A stretch of DNA of 63,673 nucleotides, counting the filler, from Octopus bimaculoides (Eukaryota), in NCBI RefSeq assembly GCF_001194135.2. It is 7 parts of 7 records of this genome, joined end to end, with 100 filler letters (N's around TTAATTAATTAA, not from the genome) between each part and the next. Parts side by side here need not be neighbours in the genome. Positions count along the whole stretch, not along the records: positions 1 to 19,860 come from NC_068982.1; positions 19,961 to 33,595 come from NC_068995.1; 5 more parts are not named here. One strand, written 5' to 3'. Below are positions 12,958 to 25,790 of this stretch, one piece after another. Each line of letters starts with the position of its first letter. Position 1 is the first letter of the stretch. The translations under genes and the position numbers were made by a program. The notes beneath the pieces are model-generated. The model was given only the letters and a program-made list of their open reading frames with translations. It ran no database searches and was not told the origin of the DNA.

Positions 12958-14480
12958 GGCAGAGGTTTAAGGGCAGATAATACAATACGATGATATCTGA
13001 ATTGATGATGCAACACAATGAAATGAATATTATGTGGTAGTTACCTCACAGAGTTATAATTGGCACCTATTGTAATTTAAGTAGTAGCTATGATGGCGGC
13101 CTAGATCTAATGATCGGATGTCGCACCGAACAGTTACATACAACACCAGTTTCAATTAACCATTCTGACAGGCCAATTAACTACGTCTATTGATTTAGTA
13201 ATTAAGTTATTTTGTGTTGTTATGACGGTTTAGTCAATGTTCGAGCACAGCGTTAATGAAAGACGTTCCAGATGTAACCGTGGCATTCATATGTATATTT
13301 ATATAGCGGGGACTGTATTATCTGATATAAACTTTTTGCTACGAAAATGGCTTTAATGAAATGTCTACCCGATTATGGTTGATTGCTACAAAAAGAAAGC
13401 ACAATATTGTGGTGAACAAATTCAACAGTGTTTTCGCCATTTCTTTACGTGGCTTGGGGGAGGATATCAATATGTTTCATATATATATATATAATAATAT
13501 TAGGGACAAAATCCAAAATTACAGGTAAAAACTCAATTAAAATCAATTTATAAAAAATTAAAATTAAATTGAGCTTTATAGATAAAATATATATAAAATA
13601 TATAGTTTTAGGGATTATTTTTGATTAATAATATTTGATTAATAATTAATCTTTATTGTTTATAATATCGTTAAAGATTTTTTTTTTTAAATTAAAACTT
13701 TGTATATATATATATATAAAGTTTAATCTTTTATTCTTAATAATTTTTTCTTTCCTANNNNNNNNNNNNNNNNNNNNNNNNNNNNNNNNNNNNNNNNNNN
13801 NNNNNNNNNNNNNNNNNNNNNNNNNNNNNNNNNNNNNNNNNNNNNNNNNNNNNNNNNNNNNNNNNNNNNNNNNNNNNNNNNNNNNNNNNNNNNNNNNNNN
13901 NNNNNNNNNNNNNNNNNNNNNNNNNNNNNNNNNNNNNNNNNNNNNNNNNNNNNNNNNNNNNNNNNNNNNNNNNNNNNNNNNNNNNNNNNNNNNNNNNNNN
14001 NNNNNNNNNNNNNNNNNNNNNNNNNNNNNNNNNNNNNNNNNNNNNNNNNNNNNNNNNNNNNNNNNNNNNNNNNNNNNNNNNNNNNNNNNNNNNNNNNNNN
14101 NNNNNNNNNNNNNNNNNNNNNNNNNNNNNNNNNNNNNNNNNNNNNNNNNNNNNNNNNNNNNNNNNNNNNNNNNNNNNNNNNNNNNNNNNNNNNNNNNNNN
14201 NNNNNNNNNNNNNNNNNNNNNNNNNNNNNNNNNNNNNNNNNNNNNNNNNNNNNNNNNNNNNNNNNNNNNNNNNNNNNNNNNNNNNNNNNNNNNNNNNNNN
14301 NNNNNNNNNNNNNNNNNNNNNNNNNNNNNNNNNNNNNNNNNNNNNNNNNNNNNNNNNNNNNNNNNNNNNNNNNNNNNNNNNNNNNNNNNNNNNNNNNNNN
14401 NNNNNNNNNNNNNNNNNNNNNNNNNNNNNNNNNNNNNNNNNNNNNNNNNNNNNNNNNNNNNNNNNNNNNNTATATATATA

Positions 14481-14521
<41 letters not shown>

Positions 14522-14677
14522 ATAAACATAATTAAGGGATCAGCAACAGTTGCTTCACCACATACCGAAGTTCAGAAATAGCAGCTAAAATGCTGAAACT
14601 CCAACAGATAGCATTACCTGTAACTCACAAAGGCAAAACAAGAAGAAAAAAATAACGAACTAAACTAGTCATAGTTA

Positions 14678-14735
14678 ATCATATACATGTTTCTGGCTTA
14701 AAAGGAAAAACTCTTCATTACCTCATCAGTATGAT
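14678..14735 (-). ncRNA. Minimal type I hammerhead ribozyme motif (degenerate stem II), probably from a Penelope-like pseudo-LTR
   Basis: Minus strand ATCATA-CTGATGA-GGT...GCCA-GAAA-CATGTA-TATGAT: 6-bp stem I, palindromic ACATGT stem III, GUA triplet. Confidence 0.55.
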
Positions 14736-14781
14736 ATTCCAGTTGCAAATTCGACGATGCTAGCAATTGTGCATGTATGAC

Positions 14782-15655
14782 CGAGGTGGTATCGAAAAGT
14801 TCCCGGACTGGTTTTGCTTAATAAAATATAACTTATAATCCGTGTTTTAATATTATCTCCTTCGAAAAGATCACCTTGCCCAGCAATACACCAGTGTTCC
14901 TGCCACTTTTGGAATCCTACCTGCAAGTGGTTTTCTGTAAGAGAGTCGAGGACCTTCTGCGATTCTCTTTTGATCTCAACAACGGTGTTAAAATGGCGAC
15001 CTTTGAGCTCCATTTTCATCATGAGGAAGAGACGGAAGTACGCAGGGGCTAAATCTGGCAAATAAGGCGGGCACGGAAGCGATGACATTTTGTTTTTGGC
15101 GAGAAACTCACGAGTGAGGAGAGCTCGGTGACGCCCTATTTTCAATTCAGACGTTAGGATTGCCTGAACGGACCCATACGACAAACCAACAACATCAGCA
15201 ATGTCGTTGATTGTCTTCTGACGGTCGTCATGGACAAACATGCATTTTCTCCACATTTCCAGTGGTGGCGTTCGTGGCAGGTCTTCCAGATCGGTCATCA
15301 TCCTCCAAGGACGTTCTGCCGCTTTTGAAGCGCCCGTGCCACTCGAAACATTGCCTACTACTCATTGCCTCATCACCGTAAGCTTGTTGAGGCATGCCCA
15401 ATGTCTCTGTAGCAGACATCCCAAGTTTAACGCAAAATTTCAGGTTGTCTCTTTGTTCCAACTGCTGTCCATGACAAAAAATCGCAGACTACAGCATACA
15501 CGTGATCACAAAAGAATAAATTTCACAACACAGCGTTGTCACTCGGCACATTGTGTCATGAAGGTCACTGCTAACTATCACTGCGCAAACGCAACTGTGC
15601 TGCCATCTTTTGACGTGCTACAGAACTAGTTTGAGAACATTCTGATACCACCTCG
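14782..15655 (-). mobile_element. Internally deleted mariner transposon (874 bp), transposase pseudogene
   Basis: TIRs CGAGGTGGTATCGAAAAGTTCCC and GAGAACATTCTGATACCACCTCG; HTH domain MEQRDNLKFCVKLG...WHGRFKSGRTSLEDDDRSGRP; PYLPDLAP; C-terminal FQKWQEHW..GDLFEGD; frameshifted, with the central catalytic part missing. Confidence 0.93.
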
Positions 15656-16574
15656 CATATATATATATATATATATANNNNNNNNNNNNNNNNNNNNNNN
15701 NNNNNNNNNNNNNNNNNNNNNNNNNNNNNNNNNNNNNNNNNNNNNNNNNNNNNNNNNNNNNNNNNNNNNNNNNNNNNNNNNNNNNNNNNNNNNNNNNNNN
15801 NNNNNNNNNNNNNNNNNNNNNNNNNNNNNNNNNNNNNNNNNNNNNNNNNNNNNNNNNNNNNNNNNNNNNNNNNNNNNNNNNNNNNNNNNNNNNNNNNNNN
15901 NNNNNNNNNNNNNNNNNNNNNNNNNNNNNNNNNNNNNNNNNNNNNNNNNNNNNNNNNNNNNNNNNNNNNNNNNNNNNNNNNNNNNNNNNNNNNNNNNNNN
16001 NNNNNNNNNNNNNNNNNNNNNNNNNNNNNNNNNNNNNNNNNNNNNNNNNNNNNNNNNNNNNNNNNNNNNNNNNNNNNNNNNNNNNNNNNNNNNNNNNNNN
16101 NNNNNNNNNNNNNNNNNNNNNNNNNNNNNNNNNNNNNNNNNNNNNNNNNNNNNNNNNNNNNNNNNNNNNNNNNNNNNNNNNNNNNNNNNNNNNNNNNNNN
16201 NNNNNNNNNNNNNNNNNNNNNNNNNNNNNNNNNNNNNNNNNNNNNNNNNNNNNNNNNNNNNNNNNNNNNNNNNNNNNNNNNNNNNNNNNNNNNNNNNNNN
16301 NNNNNNNNNNNNNNNNNNNNNNNNNNNNNNNNNNNNNNNNNNNNNNNNNNNNNNNNNNNNNNNNNNNNNNNNNNNNNNNNNNNNNNNNNNNNNNNNNNNN
16401 NNNNNNNNNNNNNNNNNNNNNNNNNNNNNNNNNNNNNNNNNNNNNNNNNNNNNNNNNNNNNNNNNNNNNNNNNNNNNNNNNNNNNNNNNNNNNNNNNNNN
16501 NNNNNNNNNNNNNNNNNNNNNNNNNNNNNNNNNNNNNNNNNNNNNNNNNNNNNNNNNNNNNNNNNNNNNNNNNN

Positions 16575-16605
<31 letters not shown>

Positions 16606-17472
16606 GTACACACATATTTGTATGTGTGTCTGTGTGTTCAGGTAATTAATAAAATGTCAAGAATCACGTTGTGTTCAGAAAAGACCAGGCGTTTATGTTT
16701 AGTGTGTTATTATCTATCTGTATGTGTATCTATATTTGAGTAATTCCAGTGTCTTCGCATGGAATACTTTACAAATCTTCATTGTTTCTCTGTAGGTGGT
16801 ATTTCAACTATATCTTTCAGGTTATTCATTAATCGCTTTCTTACATATTTTCATTCGTTGTTGATCATAGATAGCCATGCTAAGTAATGTTCACTTCCTC
16901 TGTAGTATCGGAAATATATATTCTGGAACAGGTGACATCTATAAATCAGTATTTAGGCTACAATAACGTCCATCGGTTATTTAACTTTTGGTCAATGGAT
17001 CTGTAAACTTTTGCATGTGTTAACTGCTCTTCGAAACGAACAAGTCTGGAGAATCTAAATATCCCTTGTCTCTTCTTCCTTTCAGAAGTGCATAAATATA
17101 TATTAACGAATCTAAATTGCGGATAATGATAGACATGTAATTAACATATATTCAAGATACAATGCCGGCAGATAATAAACTAGATAATACAGATATTCTA
17201 CGTATTTACGAATTTGAAAATAAGTAGTAGTTATCGTCGAAGTTTCTCAACAGCGAAGGAAGGTTGGGTCTTGTTTTCTCATAATAGTATTTGATAAATA
17301 TTTTCACCGCGAGTTGTTTAGAATACCTTGCAAGTCCTCAAGAGTGTGTGCTACAAATACACAATCGTCTGCAAAGAGCAAACCTCGAACTAGTTTTTAC
17401 TTTGAAGCACTGTTGGTTGAACAAGCCACCACCGGTTCTGTATTCTAACTTTACTCCTTCTTTGACATATAT

Positions 17473-17475
<3 letters not shown>

Positions 17476-17537
<62 letters not shown>

Positions 17538-17630
17538 NNNNNNNNNNGGAGAGAGAAAGAGAGAAAGAGAGAGAGAGAGAGAAAGAGAAAGGGAGAGAGA
17601 TAGAGAGAGAAAGAGAGAGAGAGAAAGTGA
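17476..17630. repeat. (GA)n microsatellite
   Basis: Read directly; contains a short N gap. Confidence 0.95.
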
Positions 17631-19341
17631 GATACACGCACACACACGCATATTAATCTTTGTGTCCTAATTAACATAGATGAATTATAAGAAAATCGTA
17701 ATACTGAGTATCTGTGTTGAAAGAGCATCTCGTGTAGTTATTTACTGATTAAAGTACAGAAGTACCAGTAGCAGACGAAAATTGTCCAGCACGGATGGTG
17801 GTACTGCTAGATCATGGAATTTCAACGTGTTGTGCCTCATCAGCGGCAGATATCCATTATCACTGTTGTTATGAAACGTCGCCTCCTCTGATATACAGAA
17901 AACAGTGACTAATCAGGCTCTGTTGTCACAAATAGCTGGTTGGCCGATCAAAGATGAGAGATTATCGACACAGGCAGTATTATTTCCAAATAGCAACCTT
18001 TATATCTTACTCACCGTTGATATAAGAACGCTGTAACACTGTGGTATTCCTCTTGAGACGGCGTTTTGTGTAGACATTTAGTGCTTGAATGCTTAATTTA
18101 TTGACATTATTTCCGGTACCATAGAAGATAGAACAATCGGTAGATGGTAATTGGTACCTATTTAAAATGAGAAGAGCGGATTAGTCAAGAATCAAGAACT
18201 GAGATTGACATTTCTTTGAAGAAAAGTCAGCCTGATTGTCTGGAGACAAGAAAGCATCTGTGGACAAGTCTTTCTCCTTCAATAGATGCCATCAGCACAG
18301 CTGTTTCCCTTATTTATCTCCAAGAGAATGAAACAGGTAGACACAGGAGAAAAAAATCGTACAACACACTGATGGCGTAATTGATACAAATGAAGCAAAG
18401 ATGAGCAAGGGGGGATCTTTTTTTAAAACGAGGGCCACATTTTTCATTAATGTTTTACGTAGTGTTTTTGGTACCGAAAGACTTTCAAACTTCGTATACT
18501 TATCTATTTTGTGTTATAGAACAGAAAAATATTTTTGTATTCGAATTTATTTCATGTAAAAAAATTGTCTTATTTCGATAATTTCAACCAATCACTGACA
18601 AGTATTCAGTTGTTTGCATTTACTCCTTTGGCTGATTAAGCCATAGCTACGTTTTNNNNNNNNNNNNNNNNNNNNNNNNNNNNNNNNNNNNNNNNNNNNN
18701 NNNNNNNNNNNNNNNNNNNNNNNNNNNNNNNNNNNNNNNNNNNNNNNNNNNNNNNNNNNNNNNNNNNNNNNNNNNNNNNNNNNNNNNNNNNNNNNNNNNN
18801 NNNNNNNNNNNNNNNNNNNNNNNNNNNNNNNNNNNNNNNNNNNNNNNNNNNNNNNNNNNNNNNNNNNNNNNNNNNNNNNNNNNNNNNNNNNNNNNNNNNN
18901 NNNNNNNNNNNNNNNNNNNNNNNNNNNNNNNNNNNNNNNNNNNNNNNNNNNNNNNNNNNNNNNNNNNNNNNNNNNNNNNNNNNNNNNNNNNNNNNNNNNN
19001 NNNNNNNNNNNNNNNNNNNNNNNNNNNNNNNNNNNNNNNNNNNNNNNNNNNNNNNNNNNNNNNNNNNNNNNNNNNNNNNNNNNNNNNNNNNNNNNNNNNN
19101 NNNNNNNNNNNNNNNNNNNNNNNNNNNNNNNNNNNNNNNNNNNNNNNNNNNNNNNNNNNNNNNNNNNNNNNNNNNNNNNNNNNNNNNNNNNNNNNNNNNN
19201 NNNNNNNNNNNNNNNNNNNNNNNNNNNNNNNNNNNNNNNNNNNNNNNNNNNNNNNNNNNNNNNNNNNNNNNNNNNNNNNNNNNNNNNNNNNNNNNNNNNN
19301 NNNNNNNNNNNNNNNNNNNNNNNNNNNNNNNNNNNNNNNNN

Positions 19342-19860
19342 AGTACCAACACCACTGTCAACACCACCATCAAGAACTACAAGACAAACAAGATAAACAA
19401 CACCACAAACGCCACAAACAACATATCTGCCAGCATCACAAAAACAAATTTTGCCGATGCAACGAAAGAAAAAAGAACAATATAAACATTCACCCATAAA
19501 ACAAATCAATGACACAAAATCCTTTCTCACGAAAGAAGGCGACACTGTACAGATACACATACCAAAAGAAATCATCGAAAACACAAACAAGAAGCGCATA
19601 TCATACAGAATTATCAACAAGAAAACGAAGCGACCGGAGAATTTCTCCACCCAAAAAATTGAGATTTGTCTCAAACCGATATGGCCCTTTCAAAGTCATG
19701 TTACTTGGGGACGAAAATTTGCCACGGTCCTAGTACGCTTTAAGAGCGAAGAGTTAGCGAAGGAATTTTCGACACTCTCTCTCCACACAGATGACTTGGT
19801 GATGATACCGAGTTATCTTGGACAGAGAGTGACGAAGGTGACAGTAAAGAATGTCCCTTC
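19342..19860 (+). mobile_element. Probable ORF1 (RRM-like, gag-like) fragment of a non-LTR retrotransposon on a gap-bounded contig
   Basis: P/T/Q-rich leader with one stop, then FATVLVRFKSEELAKEF...PSYLGQRVTKVTVKNVP, an RRM-like pattern typical of LINE ORF1. Confidence 0.45.
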
Positions 19861-19904
19861 NNNNNNNNNNNNNNNNNNNNNNNNNNNNNNNNNNNNNNNN
19901 NNNN

Positions 19905-19916
19905 TTAATTAATTAA
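19905..19916. other. Artificial TTAATTAATTAA gap linker (also near 33640, 45000, 58030, 59890, 62488)
   Basis: Identical 12-mer with stops in all six frames, centred in similar-length N runs six times. Confidence 0.92.
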
Positions 19917-20290
19917 NNNNNNNNNNNNNNNNNNNNNNNNNNNNNNNNNNNNNNNNNNNNATGTTTGGGGTTCGTGCGCGAGTCGAAGAGGAAATGGTGG
20001 AAGTGGTGATTCAGAGAGAGAGAGAGATAGAATACAATAGGGAGGGAGAGGGAGAGGCAGCAGTACAACATGCTGGTCAAATTCGTTAGGTTTTAAGAAA
20101 AAAAAATATATATATATATATATATTATATGTATATATGACTTAGAGGTTAGACAACCATCTAAGGGATAATAAATATCCAATATACTACTGGATGTATA
20201 CCTATATATATCCAAATGCTTACTGTTGTAAGGCAATAGTGCAATTGAATAATAGGTATGTGTGGAGGTAAACAAAAGTTTAACCAGAAT

Positions 20291-20969
20291 TTATAAGGCA
20301 GGGAAGAAAATGGAGAAGATAATTAATTGACAAACATCAACTTACAAACATCAGCTAGATATATATATTAATTACAATCATATGAATAAATAACTAAATA
20401 AATAGAATAAATGATTGAATATAACTCTACTCTTACAGCTGTTTCTACTTAGGGGCTCCAGCATGCCAAAGTTGACACATCATGCCAAGATTATACAAAG
20501 ATTGTACAAAAATTGAACCCCAAAGCTTCATCAGAGAGTCCATAATGATAAGAATTAAACATGTAAAAAAGTCAAATAAAGTAATAAAAAATAGTAAAAA
20601 AGTAAATTCCAAAATAATATCCAGAGGTTGTGAGATCACATCTTATTTCAATCTAATGGGGGATATAGTAAAGATAAAATGTTATAGGGTGGGGTTAATA
20701 GGATGAGCCATATAACAGAGGTCATTAGTTAGAATCTAAAAACTATGCAATAGAATAGCAGTAAAATTGCTCTGGGGTTCAATTTTTGTACAATCTTTGT
20801 ATAATATTGGTATGATGTATCAACTTTGGCATGCTGGACCCCCACAGAAGAAACAGCTGTAAGAGCAGTGTTATATTCACTCATTTATTCTTATTTATTT
20901 ATTTATTCATATGAGTGTAATTAATAAATAGATCCAGTTGATGTTTGCCAATTATCTTCCTCCTTGCCT

Positions 20970-20973
<4 letters not shown>
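20291..20973. mobile_element. Foldback/MITE-like element with about 200-230 bp inverted arms
   Basis: TTACAGCTGTTTCT..CCAGCATGCCAAAGTTGA..TATACAAAGATTGTACAAAAATTGAACCCC is mirrored at 20774-20870; the arms extend to TATAAGGCA and TGCCTTATA. Confidence 0.8.
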
Positions 20974-21023
<50 letters not shown>

Positions 21024-21699
21024 GGATAAGATCGATATTTAAAATATTGATCCTATCAAGTGGTCAGCATGGGAATAANNNNNNNNNNNNNNNNNNNNNN
21101 NNNNNNNNNNNNNNNNNNNNNNNNNNNNNNNNNNNNNNNNNNNNNNNNNNNNNNNNNNNNNNNNNNNNNNNNNNNNNNNNNNNNNNNNNNNNNNNNNNNN
21201 NNNNNNNNNNNNNNNNNNNNNNNNNNNNNNNNNNNNNNNNNNNNNNNNNNNNNNNNNNNNNNNNNNNNNNNNNNNNNNNNNNNNNNNNNNNNNNNNNNNN
21301 NNNNNNNNNNNNNNNNNNNNNNNNNNNNNNNNNNNNNNNNNNNNNNNNNNNNNNNNNNNNNNNNNNNNNNNNNNNNNNNNNNNNNNNNNNNNNNNNNNNN
21401 NNNNNNNNNNNNNNNNNNNNNNNNNNNNNNNNNNNNNNNNNNNNNNNNNNNNNNNNNNNNNNNNNNNNNNNNNNNNNNNNNNNNNNNNNNNNNNNNNNNN
21501 NNNNNNNNNNNNNNNNNNNNNNNNNNNNNNNNNNNNNNNNNNNNNNNNNNNNNNNNNNNNNNNNNNNNNNNNNNNNNNNNNNNNNNNNNNNNNNNNNNNN
21601 NNNNNNNNNNNNNNNNNNNNNNNNNNNNNNNNNNNNNNNNNNNNNNNNNNNNNNNNNNNNNNNNNNNNNNNNNNNNNNNNNNNNNNNNNNATATATATA

Positions 21700-21936
21700 C
21701 ATACATATCTGTGTATGTGTGAGTTTGTGTGTCCGTGTTTGTCCCCCCCCCCCTACATCACTTGACGACTGATGCTGGTGTGCTTACATCCCCCATAACT
21801 TAGCAATTCAGAAAAAGAGACCGATAGAATAAGCACTAAGCTTACAAAGAATAAATCCTGGAGTTGATTTCTTCAACTAAAGGTGGTGCTCCGACATGGC
21901 CACACTCACATGACCGAAATAAGTAAAACAATAAAA
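21700..21936 (+). mobile_element. SINE family A 3' half
   Basis: Matches the 1780-1980 tail, with CpG decayed. Confidence 0.8.
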
Positions 21937-22129
21937 AAACTATGCCATTTTAATCCCATCAACACTGGGTTTCTCTGCTAGTTAACTATAAAATAACTAG
22001 GTTTTGACTGAGAATTTAATAATTTATTGAACTTTATATATATATCTTTTGTGTGTACATGCACATACTTTGTGTTCATACAGTCATCTATCTAAGAAGA
22101 TAACATAAGAAACTACTGAAATGTTTGAG

Positions 22130-22245
22130 CTGATAATTAGTTATAACTTAATTCTGATAATTAGTTATAATTATAACTAAACTGATAATTAGTTATAATT
22201 ATAACTGAACTGATAATTAGTTATAACTTAATATAACTTAATTTC
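22130..22245. repeat. AT-rich minisatellite, about 24-28 bp unit, containing the palindrome AGTTATAATTATAACT
   Basis: Four CTGATAATTAGTTATAA units. Confidence 0.85.
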
Positions 22246-22472
22246 TATGTTGTCTCACTCTCCTATAACTCTTGCTTCAGTCTATCACAGTTTAACAAAA
22301 GTAACCAATCTTATATTTAATTTTGAACAGTTAGTGCATCAAAAAGACATTCAATTATATAACATAGTGCATCACTCCTTCCTTTTGAAGGGCTATTGTT
22401 TAGTTCTGGTTTTATGGCAATTGAGAAATAAGTCTCTCCTTACTAGTATCCTGGTTTATGCTTTATTCTTCT

Positions 22473-25400
22473 ATCATCATCATCATTTAATGTCCATCTT
22501 CCATGCAAGGGTAGGATGGCAGACAGGAGCCTGCCAGGTAGAAAAACTGCCCGAGGCCACTGTGTCTGTTTTGGTAGGGATTTTATGGCTGAATGCCCTT
22601 CCTAACACCAACCACTCTGCAGAATGGACTCAGTGCTTTTTATATGACACAAGCAAAGTTAGTTTTGGCATGATTTTTACTGCTGGATGCCCTTCCAAAT
22701 GCCAATCATGTTACAGTGTGGACTGGATGCTTTTAATGTGGCACCAGCACTGGTAGGGTAACCAAGTAACTCACAAGACAAGTAATTATGAGAGGGGCAG
22801 GGCATTTGAGGAGGGGAACTTGTGTCAAATGATGAAAGGTTAGAGTGTGACAAAGAGACAGAGAAACAGAAGCAGGTGTCTTGCCACAACAGAGGAGGCA
22901 TTAGAGGAGATGATCTAGTATCAAATGATGAAAGGTTTGAGTCTAACAGAAAGCTAGAGAGGCAGAAATAGGTGTCTTGCTATAGAGGAGGTACATGGTT
23001 AGCCATTGAGAGAGAATGAGAGAGTGATACAAGAAAGAGGCCAGAAACAAGTGTGCTGATGTGAAGGAGATACTTGGTTACCTAGTCAGAGGAAAAACAA
23101 GAGAAGGGGTGAGAGAGTGACCAAAGGGAAAGAGAGAGAGAGTAGGTAATAGAAAAAGTGTAAGAAAGAGTAGAAGAGAGATGGTGTAATGCTAGGATAT
23201 ACTCACAAGTAACAAGAATATGAGTGTAGAACCAAGTTAGAAAAATAGGGTGTGGGTGTTGTGAGTGTGGGGAGCAACAATACAGTGAGCAGGGCAGTGA
23301 GGGAAAGAAAGGGGATTGGAAACGATTATAATTTATGAAGAGGACATGTGAGGAAGAGAAAGATGCAGTTAGAAGAGGAGTTGTAGTTCAATTTCTTAGG
23401 GTAGAGTGGGTGAAAAGTGTGTTGTTACATGTGGGAGGGACACAACTCTTCTAACACTCAGTTTCATGGATGGGTCTTCCCAAGGACCTCATATCACCAA
23501 ACATTTTGGTCGACTGTCATTTCTTCTGTGAGCCCCAACATCCTAAGATCAGTCCTTATCACTTCATCCTATGTCTTCCTGGGTCTCTCTCTTCCACAGG
23601 TACCATCCACTTTCAGAGACAGGCACTTCTGAATACAACTGTCTTCACTCATACGCATTACGTATCCAAACCAATGCATTCTCCTCTCTTGCATACCACA
23701 TTTAATCCCTCTTATGTCCAACTTTTCTCTCAATACAGTTGTTTTGTCGGTCATGCACTCTGATGTTGCAAATCCAACGAAGCATACTACCTTCATTCCT
23801 CTCCAGCCTAAACATGTCCTCTGCAGTCAGAGTCCATGTGTCACTACCATATAACATAGCCATTTTCACACAAGCATCATACAATGTACCTTTCACTCTG
23901 AGAGAGTGTCCTTTTGCTGCCAACAGAGGTAGTAGTTCTCTGAACTTCCTCCATTCTATTCTTATTCTAGAGCAATACTTTCAGAGCACCCACCACCATT
24001 ACTTATTTGGTCGCCTAAATAGCAGAAACTATCTACTACCTCACGGGAGCTTCCTGGGCATTTGAGAGAGTTTAGTCCCTCGTGCTCTTAATACTTACTG
24101 TCCCTGTGCATCTACCTCACACAAAAGCAGCCTTATCTGATAACCTTCCCACAGTTCAACTGCATCTCTTATGTGTTCATAGCTTACACTTGGTGCAGCA
24201 AATGGAATTACATCTCACTTTCTTCCTGCATATTGAACAGGGTCATTTGCCAGTCGGAATGAGAATCTTATCTCCTTTCTCACTATCAACAACTTCAGTC
24301 TTAGTGAAATTAACTTTAAGACCCTTTGATTCCAGGTTTTGCTTCCAAACCCAGAACTTCTTCCCCAATTCTGCTTCAGATTCTACAATAAGAGCAAGAT
24401 CATCAGCATATAGTAGTTCCCATGGGCATCCAGTTTTGAATTCATCTGTTATGGCCTGGAGAACTATGATGAATAAAAGTGGACTAAGAACTGATCCCTG
24501 GTGTACTCCAACTTGTGCATTAAAGTCATCACTGTATTCAAGGCTGACTCTCACCTTACTGACATCATTGCTGTACATGGCCTGAACTGCTCCAACAAGC
24601 TACTCCTCTATTCTTAGCTTCCTTAGAGACCACCAGCTCCCTGATACAATGCTTTGCTTCCACCATTTTCCCAGTCTTTCCAGGCCTGTCTCTTTGCTTT
24701 TATAGCACTGTCCACCTCCTTGTTCCACCACCAAGTCACCCTTGGCCTGGCTGGGACTTTGCATCAACCATAAATTTGGTCAGCAGCACCCAGTAAATTG
24801 TCCTGCAGGAACTTCCAGTTGTCCTCTAAGCTATATGTCCCTTCCTCCTCCTCTCTATCATCAGAGGCCTCTAGTAGAATGTCTCTAAACTTTTGTTGGT
24901 TTGCTAGGTTTTTGAGCTTCTATAATCTTTCAGTGTGGATTATGTCTTTGAGTCTCTCTAAGCCTAATTCTGAAGTCACTGACTAGTAGCCTATGTTGAG
25001 GTGTACACTCTTCACCTGGGAAAGACTTCACATTTGTTAGCATCTGCCTGTCTCCTTGCCTGGTGAGGAGAGAATCAACCTGGCTTATATTCCCACCAGA
25101 CTGATAAGTAATAGGTGGCTGGCTGGCTGGCTTTCTAAAGTTAGTGTTGCAGATCATAAGATCACAGAACTCAAGTAGCATTCTCAGCGCCAAAGCCATA
25201 ACCATCATGCACACCATGGAACCCATGGGTATGCTACCCAACATGTCCATTAAAGTTGCCAGCCACAATAACGGAGTCTCTGTCATTTGTCATTGAGGTA
25301 GTCTGCAAAAGGACCTTGTAACATCGGCCCTTCTGATCATCAGCTAGCCCAGCCTGTGGAGCATAGGCAGAGATAAATGTAATTGTTAATCAGCTTAATA

Positions 25401-25790
25401 ACCTTATCGCACACTCTGACTACCTCAGTTACCTTATCTACCCACTTTTCTGCTAAGAGTATGCCTACGCCACCCACTCCATCACTCCTGCCTATCCAGA
25501 ATTTAAACCTCTGTTTCTTACCTGTGAGGAATCTAGCTGAGGTTCCTTTCCATCTCACTTCTTGCACATCACATATCGACTTGACGACACTCTATCATTT
25601 CAGCAATCTCAACAGATTTCCCCTTCATTGTGCCAATGTTGATGTTTGCAGCCCTAAAATTGTATACTTGGGTGGGACAACAGGAAGGTAGTTGCTGAGG
25701 GGCTTTTGTTTGTTTTTGAAAAGATCTGTGTAAATGTTTGCCAGGTAGTGGAGTGTACATTGTGAATTTGATTCAATGAAGTATAATTTT
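22473..25790 (-). mobile_element. RTE-clade LINE, degraded and internally deleted (APE endonuclease, RT 3' half, PHD-like finger, long 3' UTR, (GAT)n tail)
   Basis: EN: NIGTMKG, QEVRWKG, GVGGVGILLAEKWVD, HRLLVSDF. RT: GVHQGSVLSPLLF, LLYADDL. C-terminal GRERPRKT. Many stops and frameshifts; the RT N-terminal subdomains are absent around 24640-24780. Confidence 0.93.

Noticed and set aside
13090-13270. Cluster of TAATT motifs as an enhancer
   Set aside because: Expected by chance in AT-rich DNA; needs conservation data.
17804-17849. Minus-strand CTGATGA-GGC...GTT-GAAA-..ATC hammerhead-like string
   Set aside because: Core present, but stem II is mostly G-U and stem I has a mismatch next to the core; could be chance or a dead relic.
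17794-17907. 37-codon ATG ORF MVVLLDHG...RKQ and nearby donor at 18337
   Set aside because: No similarity recognised, and the donor phase does not fit UCR1.
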